DNA of 60,092 bases, the filler included, from Malassezia furfur (taxonomy: Eukaryota): assembly GCA_052055015.1 (NCBI GenBank). It is 6 parts of 6 records of this genome, joined end to end, with 100 filler letters (N's around TTAATTAATTAA, not from the genome) between each part and the next. Parts side by side here need not be neighbours in the genome. Positions count along the whole stretch, not along the records: positions 50,303 to 60,092 come from JBQJIT010000409.1; 5 more parts are not named here. The stretch is one strand, 5' to 3'. The notes under the pieces are model-generated. The model saw only the letters and a program-made list of their open reading frames with translations, searched no databases and was not told the DNA's origin. Positions within the stretch are counted from its first letter, which is position 1; the number at the start of each line of letters is the position of its first letter. This document shows, one piece after another, positions 54,206-60,092 of the stretch. The position numbers and the translations under genes were made by a program.

Positions 54206-55501
54206 CTACAGGAGCATCGTGGGGAGGTCCTCGAGGTACTGCTTGAGCTTCACGAGGAAGGTCACAGCCTCGCGGCCGTCGAGCAGGCGGTGGTCGTAGG
54301 TGAGCGCGACGACCATGATGGGGCGCACCTCGACCTTGCCGTTGACCACCCACGGCTTCTCCTTGACTGCGTGCATGCCGAGAATCGCCGAACCGGGCAG
54401 GTTCAGGATGGGAGTGCCGAACAGCGAGCCGAACACGCCGCCGTTCGAGATGGTAAACGTGCCGCCGGTCATCTCCTCGATCGAGAGCTTGTTGTCGCGC
54501 GCCTTGAGGCCAAGCGCGTGGATGGCCTGCTCGATCTCGAGGATGCTCATGTCGTTGGCGTTGCGCACGACGGGCGTGACGAGACCACGCTCGGTGCTCA
54601 CCGCAACGCTCAGGTCGACGTAGTCGCGGTACACGATCGTGTCGCCGAGACCCTCGCCCTCGATGCTGGCGTTCGCGGCGGGGATCTCCTTGAGCGCCAG
54701 CGCACTCGCCTTGGCGAACGCGCCCATGAAGCCGAGCTTGATGCCGGTCTCCTTGAGCACGCGGTCCTTGTTGCGCTTGCGGAACTCCATCAGGGCGCTC
54801 ATGTCGATTTCGTTAAAGGTCGTGAGCGAGGCGGCGGTGTTCTGCGACTCCTTCAGGCGCTCGGCAATGCGCTTGCGCATGCGGTTCATCTTGACGCGGT
54901 GCTCGTTGCGCTCACCAGCCTTGGGCGCAGCAGGCTCGGGCTGCTTCTTGGGCTCCTCCTTGGGCGCCGAGGGCTTCGACGCCGGGGCGGAGTCCTGCTT
55001 CTTGGGCTCCTCCTTCTTGGGCTCCTCCTTCTTCGGCTCCTCCTTCTTCTCCTCCTTCTTAGGCTCCTCCTTCTTCTCCTCCTTCTTCTCCTCCTTGGGC
55101 TCCTCCTTCTTCTCCTCCTTCTTCTCTTCCTTGGGCTCCTCGGCGGGCGCGTCGCCCTCCTCGATCTTGACGAGGTCCTGGCCGACCTGGACGTTGTCCT
55201 CCGGCTCCGCCAAGAACTCAACGATCTTGCCCGACTCGGTCGAGTTCACGGCGACGTCAATCTTGTCCGTCTCGATCGTGGCGAGCTCCTCGTCGGCCTT
55301 GACGTAGTCGCCGACCTTCTTCGTGAACTGCTTCAAAGTACCTTCGCTGATCGACTCGGCCATCTGCGGCACCTTGACGATGCCAAGGCACATGCGAGTC
55401 GTCGACAGGTTCCGGCGCGCGGCCAGCGCCAGCGCGCCCGAGTACAGCGGCGCACCGCGCACGGCGAGGCGAGCGGTCAGGCGAGGTGCGAGCGGGAGCA
55501 T
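54206..55501 (-). CDS. KGD2: 2-oxoglutarate dehydrogenase E2 (dihydrolipoyl succinyltransferase)
   Basis: Lipoyl domain IETDK, MNRMRKRIAERLKESQNTAASLTTFNE, LTYDHRLLDGREAV. Confidence 0.96.
   Translation of the reverse strand: MLPLAPRLTARLAVRGAPLYSGALALAARRNLSTTRMCLGIVKVPQMAESISEGTLKQFTKKVGDYVKADEELATIETDKIDVAVNSTESGKIVEFLAEPEDNVQVGQDLVKIEEGDAPAEEPKEEKKEEKKEEPKEEKKEEKKEEPKKEEKKEEPKKEEPKKEEPKKQDSAPASKPSAPKEEPKKQPEPAAPKAGERNEHRVKMNRMRKRIAERLKESQNTAASLTTFNEIDMSALMEFRKRNKDRVLKETGIKLGFMGAFAKASALALKEIPAANASIEGEGLGDTIVYRDYVDLSVAVSTERGLVTPVVRNANDMSILEIEQAIHALGLKARDNKLSIEEMTGGTFTISNGGVFGSLFGTPILNLPGSAILGMHAVKEKPWVVNGKVEVRPIMVVALTYDHRLLDGREAVTFLVKLKQYLEDLPTMLL
54950..55142 (-). repeat. Low-complexity EEKK/EEPK tandem repeat in the Kgd2 linker
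   Basis: Repeated ctccttctt / gggctcctcc units. Confidence 0.85.
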
Positions 55502-55590
55502 CGTGGCAAAATAAAACCGTGTTGGCCCGTCTACCACGTGGCCGAGCGGCGCTGCGCCCCTCTCCCCACCCCCCGCGAAAGTGTCGAGCC

Positions 55591-56589
55591 ATGCCCGCTT
55601 CGGCGTCGAACGCAGGAGCGCAGGAGGCGCGTGCGCCGACGCGCTCGGCGGCCAAGACGCTGGGCGTTGGCGGACTCGCCGGGCTTGCATCCTGTGTGCT
55701 GCTGCAGCCCTTTGACCTGCTTAAGACGCGCATGCAGCAGGAGCAGAGCCGCGCCGGGCCGCGCCTCGTTGAGACGCGCACGCAGCGGCTCGTGCGCAAC
55801 TTTCGGCAGGTGGTGCACGCGGACGGCTGGCAGGGCCTGTGGCGCGGCACGATGCCGACGGTCTTGCGCAACGTGCCTGGCGTTGCCGCCTATTTCTACA
55901 CGATCAACGAGTTGCGCTGGCTCGTGGCCATCTGGCAAGTGCCGCTGCTCTCGATCGGTGGCGCGACGCAGGCGGCCACGGGTGCTTCGAGCTCGACGCT
56001 CGCGCGTCTCTCGACGACGGGCAATTTGCTCACCGGCGCGGCGGCGCGCGTCACCATCGGCTTCTGCCTGAACCCCATTACGATCGTCAAGGCGCGCTAC
56101 GAATCTTCGCATTACGCACGCACGGCATACCCCACGATCCTCTCTTCGCTGCGTGCCATCTACCGCGATGCCGGCTTTGCGGGCTTCTTCCGTGGCTTCT
56201 CGGCGACGGCGCTGCGCGATGCCCCGTACGCAGGCCTGTATTTGGCGGTGTACGAGCACACCAAGCAGCTGCTCGGGCGCCTCTCGCGCCACGACCGCTC
56301 GGGCAACGCGTGGGTGGTGAGTGCGAGTGGCCTGACTGCGGGCACGCTCGCGACGGTCGCCACGCAACCGTTCGACATCCTCAAAACGCGCATGCAGACG
56401 ACGCCGAGTGCGCTGCTCGGCATGCCGGCGGAGCGCGTCGGCATCGTGGCCATGACGCGCCATGTGCTCGCGACCGACGGCCTCGGCGCGTTCGCCGACG
56501 GCCTCGGCCTGCGGTGCGCACGCAAGGCAGCGAGCGGCATGATCGGCTGGACCATTTTCGAGTTCGGCAACCGGTACTGGAATGCATAG
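55591..56589 (+). CDS. HEM25: Mitochondrial glycine carrier (SLC25A38/Hem25 type)
   Basis: LQPFDLLKTRMQQ, LWRG..P..LRNVPG, PITIVKARYES, ALRDAPYAGLY, PFDILKTRMQ. Confidence 0.85.
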   Translation: MPASASNAGAQEARAPTRSAAKTLGVGGLAGLASCVLLQPFDLLKTRMQQEQSRAGPRLVETRTQRLVRNFRQVVHADGWQGLWRGTMPTVLRNVPGVAAYFYTINELRWLVAIWQVPLLSIGGATQAATGASSSTLARLSTTGNLLTGAAARVTIGFCLNPITIVKARYESSHYARTAYPTILSSLRAIYRDAGFAGFFRGFSATALRDAPYAGLYLAVYEHTKQLLGRLSRHDRSGNAWVVSASGLTAGTLATVATQPFDILKTRMQTTPSALLGMPAERVGIVAMTRHVLATDGLGAFADGLGLRCARKAASGMIGWTIFEFGNRYWNA

Positions 56590-56635
56590 AGTTGTATGTA
56601 CAGTGCAAGAAAAATGAACAGGGCGGAGCATGTCG

Positions 56636-59600
56636 CTACCGCCGTCGGCGCACACGCTCCCTGCGGCTGCGCTTGCCGTCGAGCGACGCCGTGTCGTCGG
56701 CACTCGTGCGGCGCTCGCTCGTGCTGCGCCGCGCCCCGAGGCTGTTCCACGGGAGCGCCGCGGCCACCAGCGAGCGGCTGCGCTGCCGCGGGAACGCCGC
56801 GCCCTCGTCGCGCGGCTCGAGCTGCAGGCTGCGCTGGTAGAGCTGCTCGGCGGCCGCCGCATAACTCTGCGCGCAGCTCGCGACCGGCACTTCGTCGCGC
56901 ATCTGCGCAAGGAAGCGCTGCAGCTCAGGCACCTCGACGAGGGCATACGCCCGCGCCTGGAAGCGCTGCACCTCGCCGACGATCTCGGCAAGACGCGTGC
57001 AGCGCACCCAGTTGATCGTCTCGGGTGCGCCGTCGGGCGCAGCATCGGGCACCGCGCGGTGCTTCGCGTGGCCGCTCAGGCAGAAAGTCACGTCGGTGTT
57101 GACCAGCCCGAGGAACGGCAGCACCGGTCCGTCGGCGTCGCGCAGCTGCGCGCGGTAGGCGGCAAAGTTGCGCGTGTGTTCCATCACGGCGCGCTGCGCC
57201 TCGAAGCGCGCGAGCGTCTTGGTCGAGAGGCCTGCCCACGTACGCTTCAGGCGGAGCACCGTGGAGGAGTTGAGCGCGCCCTGCACGGCCATGAGCAGGT
57301 TAAAGTTGCGCAGCGCCAGGCTTTCCGAGCCGACGCGCACGAGGTGCTGGAGGACTAGCGTGCGGCGCTTCACGTCGGTCTCGCGCAAGAGGCACTCGCC
57401 CATCCAGTTGGTGAGCTGTGTGGTAAAGGTGGCCATCGCGCGCGCATGCACCGCCGTCGCCGTCGCCGTGGTGCCGTTGGGGCGGCGATAGGGCTCGTGG
57501 CAGTACAGCAGCTCCATCGGCAGCACACTCGCAAAGAGGCGCGCCTCGGCGATGGTGATCTGCCGCGCGAGCTCCACGGCGTCCAGGTCGAGCACCGACA
57601 CGCTCCACAAGTCGGGTGCCGTGCGGAGCGCCGCGCGGACCTCTTTGGACACCGCCGGCGGAGGCGGCGCCGGGGCACCAGGCACCGGCGCCGCGTACAG
57701 CCGCCGCGCGTCGGTGCAAGTTGCAAGCGCCGCCGCGTCGCCCTCGTTGCCGCTCAGCCCCAGCTCGAGGCGCTCACCCTGCGTGGTGCACACGACGCGC
57801 TGCACCGTCGCGACGCCGTGGGCACACGCGACCTGCAGCTCGACGCGCTGCACCTGGGCGCCGAGCCGTGCGCGCCACCGCACGAGCGCCACGAGCGCAT
57901 CGACGGCCGGCTGGACGCGCGCGTCGTGCGGGCCGCTCACCCAGTCGCTCAGCGCGCCGAGCGCCGCGCTGTCGTCCGAGGCAAGCCAGTAGTGCTTGAG
58001 CCATGCAAAGACGTAGTGCACCACCCGCACCTGCACGCGCCAGTCGTCGACCGCGCCGCGGTACACGCCGAGCAGCGCGTCGACCAGCGCCACTGGGTCT
58101 GCGTACGCCCGGAAGCACCAAAAGAAGGCACGCACGGGCGTCGTGTGCGCGCCGTGGTCCTCGGTGCAGAGCCAGGCGGCGAGCGCGGGGAGGGTGCCGC
58201 CAAGCACCTCGCCGTGCGTGCCCTGCACGAGGCCTACGCCCGGTGGCGTACCGGCGCGAGGCGTGCCGGCCACAGGCATGCGCGGCGTGTCGTGCGCGGC
58301 CGGCGCGTCGGTGCCCGGTGGGTGCGGCGCCTCGGCGTGCGGCGCACACCACGCGGCGTGCAGCACCGGCGCAGGGTCGGGGATGCGGAGCACGAGCGTG
58401 TGTGGCGCGCGCTCGAACAGCCACGACACGGCACGCAGCGCGCGCGCCGAGGCACACAGCAGCTCATTGGTGACGCTCAGCACGTACAGTTTGCGCTCCG
58501 TGCCACTCGTCATGTCGCGCTGGGGGGCGGCGCGCAGCGAAATCAGCTCGCAGAAGCGCGCATAGGTCGCGGTGAGCTCGGCGCACGCCGCAGCGTACTC
58601 ACGCGTGAGCGGCGGCGCGGCCCACGCGCCCACCGAGGAGGCGCCGACGGACTCGACGAGCGCGGCAAAGTAGTGGGCGCTGGCAGTCAGCGCGCGGCGC
58701 ACGTCTACCACGCGCTGGAACGCAAAGTGCAGATGCAGATCCTCAAACGTGTGCAGCTGTCCAAAAAAGGCCGCAGCCGTAGAGGCCACCTGCTCGTACG
58801 CCGAGTGTGCCACGTCGACCAGCTGGCTCGGCGACACCGCGAGCACGTCGCTGGTGCGGCGCTCCAGGCCGTCGCTGAGCTCGGCACTGCGCGCGCTGCG
58901 CTCCGACTCGGCAGAGTCGCGCACGCTCGAGCACGTGTCGTGCACCGACAGCTCGTCGAGCAGCGACGGCGTCTGCGACAGCGTCCCGTCGGAGCCTGCG
59001 TGTCGACTGTCGTTGTCGCCAGACACGCGGCGCACCGGCGCCGCGGCCGTCGCGCGATCCACCAGTTCGGCCGCGGCCAGCATGACGCTGTTCAGGCCAA
59101 GCGCCGCGTCGGCGTAGGTTGCGTCGGGCTCGGCACGCGCCGCCTCGATGCGGCTGAGCAGCTCACTGAGCTGTACCACCAGCGCGTCGCGCTGCGCCGC
59201 CAGCGAGCGGCTCGGCACGCACTGCACACGCTTCGTATCCTCGACAAGTGTGTGCAGCGCCACATCCAGCGCACGTAGCACCGCATCGCTGGGCGCGCGC
59301 GCCTCGAGCGCGTCGTGCAGCGCACGTGCCGCACGCACACTCTCGCTCAGCAGCGGCATGGGCGTGTCGGGCACGTACAGCTCCGCCAGGGCACGCTCAG
59401 ATGCACACGATGCGCGGGGGCTCGCACGCACCGTACTCGAGCGCGCCGATACGGGCTTGTCGCGCAGCGCAGACGCGAGGCCGGTCGCAGACGCCGCCGC
59501 CGCCGCCGACGTACACTCGGCCAGGAAACTCGCAGGGACCCAGCCGCGCTCGCCGTGTGCCTCGACATCGCACCAGCCCGAGGGATCGCGCGCGTGCTGT

Positions 59601-59821
59601 GTCACAACCTGCCCGGCCACGAGGCGGATGCAGCCCAGCGCAATGCTGGGATCGAAATCGTGCAGCGCAATCATGCGCACGACCGCCGGCGCGGGCGACG
59701 CGCGGTCGGCCCGCGTCGGCACCACGTATGCTTCACCGGATGACAGCGTACACGCATCGACGCGCGCACACAGCTGGAAAGGATCGGTCGCCATCGCGAT
59801 GGCATCCGTCGTGTACGCCAT
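56636..59821 (-). CDS. SH3-domain Ras guanine nucleotide exchange factor (Cdc25/Sdc25 family)
   Basis: N-terminal SH3 (ALHDF..SGWC..RGWVPASF), REM-like region, RasGEF domain (ELARQIT, NFN.LMA..AL.SS.V.RLKRTW, NF..YR, PFLG..TD.TF). Start uncertain. Confidence 0.85.
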   Translation of the reverse strand: MAYTTDAIAMATDPFQLCARVDACTLSSGEAYVVPTRADRASPAPAVVRMIALHDFDPSIALGCIRLVAGQVVTQHARDPSGWCDVEAHGERGWVPASFLAECTSAAAAASATGLASALRDKPVSARSSTVRASPRASCASERALAELYVPDTPMPLLSESVRAARALHDALEARAPSDAVLRALDVALHTLVEDTKRVQCVPSRSLAAQRDALVVQLSELLSRIEAARAEPDATYADAALGLNSVMLAAAELVDRATAAAPVRRVSGDNDSRHAGSDGTLSQTPSLLDELSVHDTCSSVRDSAESERSARSAELSDGLERRTSDVLAVSPSQLVDVAHSAYEQVASTAAAFFGQLHTFEDLHLHFAFQRVVDVRRALTASAHYFAALVESVGASSVGAWAAPPLTREYAAACAELTATYARFCELISLRAAPQRDMTSGTERKLYVLSVTNELLCASARALRAVSWLFERAPHTLVLRIPDPAPVLHAAWCAPHAEAPHPPGTDAPAAHDTPRMPVAGTPRAGTPPGVGLVQGTHGEVLGGTLPALAAWLCTEDHGAHTTPVRAFFWCFRAYADPVALVDALLGVYRGAVDDWRVQVRVVHYVFAWLKHYWLASDDSAALGALSDWVSGPHDARVQPAVDALVALVRWRARLGAQVQRVELQVACAHGVATVQRVVCTTQGERLELGLSGNEGDAAALATCTDARRLYAAPVPGAPAPPPPAVSKEVRAALRTAPDLWSVSVLDLDAVELARQITIAEARLFASVLPMELLYCHEPYRRPNGTTATATAVHARAMATFTTQLTNWMGECLLRETDVKRRTLVLQHLVRVGSESLALRNFNLLMAVQGALNSSTVLRLKRTWAGLSTKTLARFEAQRAVMEHTRNFAAYRAQLRDADGPVLPFLGLVNTDVTFCLSGHAKHRAVPDAAPDGAPETINWVRCTRLAEIVGEVQRFQARAYALVEVPELQRFLAQMRDEVPVASCAQSYAAAAEQLYQRSLQLEPRDEGAAFPRQRSRSLVAAALPWNSLGARRSTSERRTSADDTASLDGKRSRRERVRRRR

Positions 59822-60092
59822 TCCCTCCGTCACGGGTCACGGTAGCGAGGGAGCTGGCTCACCGATCGTAAGACGCAAACGGGATCGGATCGGTGTGCGC
59901 CCAAGTCTTCCGACGCCCGCCGGTCTAGGGTCGTGAAGCTCGTCGAAGGACGTGACACCGCGTGAACTAATCGGCTGCAGGCGTCCCACGCCCTCCGCTC
60001 GATATAGGCACCCACCCAAATACAGGGGCGCGCCGCCGCGCCCACGAGCACCTTGAGAGCTTCTGCAGCAACACGCATACTTCCCAACCGCT

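Overview
Gene-dense, very GC-rich fungal DNA. Compact architecture, tiny GTACGT...CTRAC/CTCAC...YAG introns and basidiomycete-type proteins (Rra1-like pH sensor, complex I NDUFB8, Sos7, ITFG1) point to a Malassezia-like yeast (inference). The window is six unrelated contigs joined by 100-nt N-spacers containing TTAATTAATTAA. Segment lengths fall monotonically (>=10139, 9985, 9945, 9929, 9804, >=9790), so they look size-sorted and adjacency across gaps has no meaning. I reconstructed about 40 protein-coding genes, almost all housekeeping, by removing 52 introns by hand (minimum 21 nt, median 25 nt). There are no transposons, CRISPR arrays, tRNA or rRNA genes. Most notable: (1) spliceosomal introns as short as 21 nt, two of which carry in-frame stops and so must be spliced; (2) three candidate ncRNAs in the otherwise tiny intergenic gaps, namely a convincing snR49-like H/ACA snoRNA, a second H/ACA-like RNA, and an unassigned ~400-nt highly structured minus-strand RNA with its own promoter motif; (3) a tandem duplication of the Rra1/PalH-type pH sensor; (4) yeast PDRE-like elements upstream of a PDR-type ABC transporter; (5) an AT-hook on the monopolin protein Csm1. 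All calls come from reading the sequence; no searches were run.
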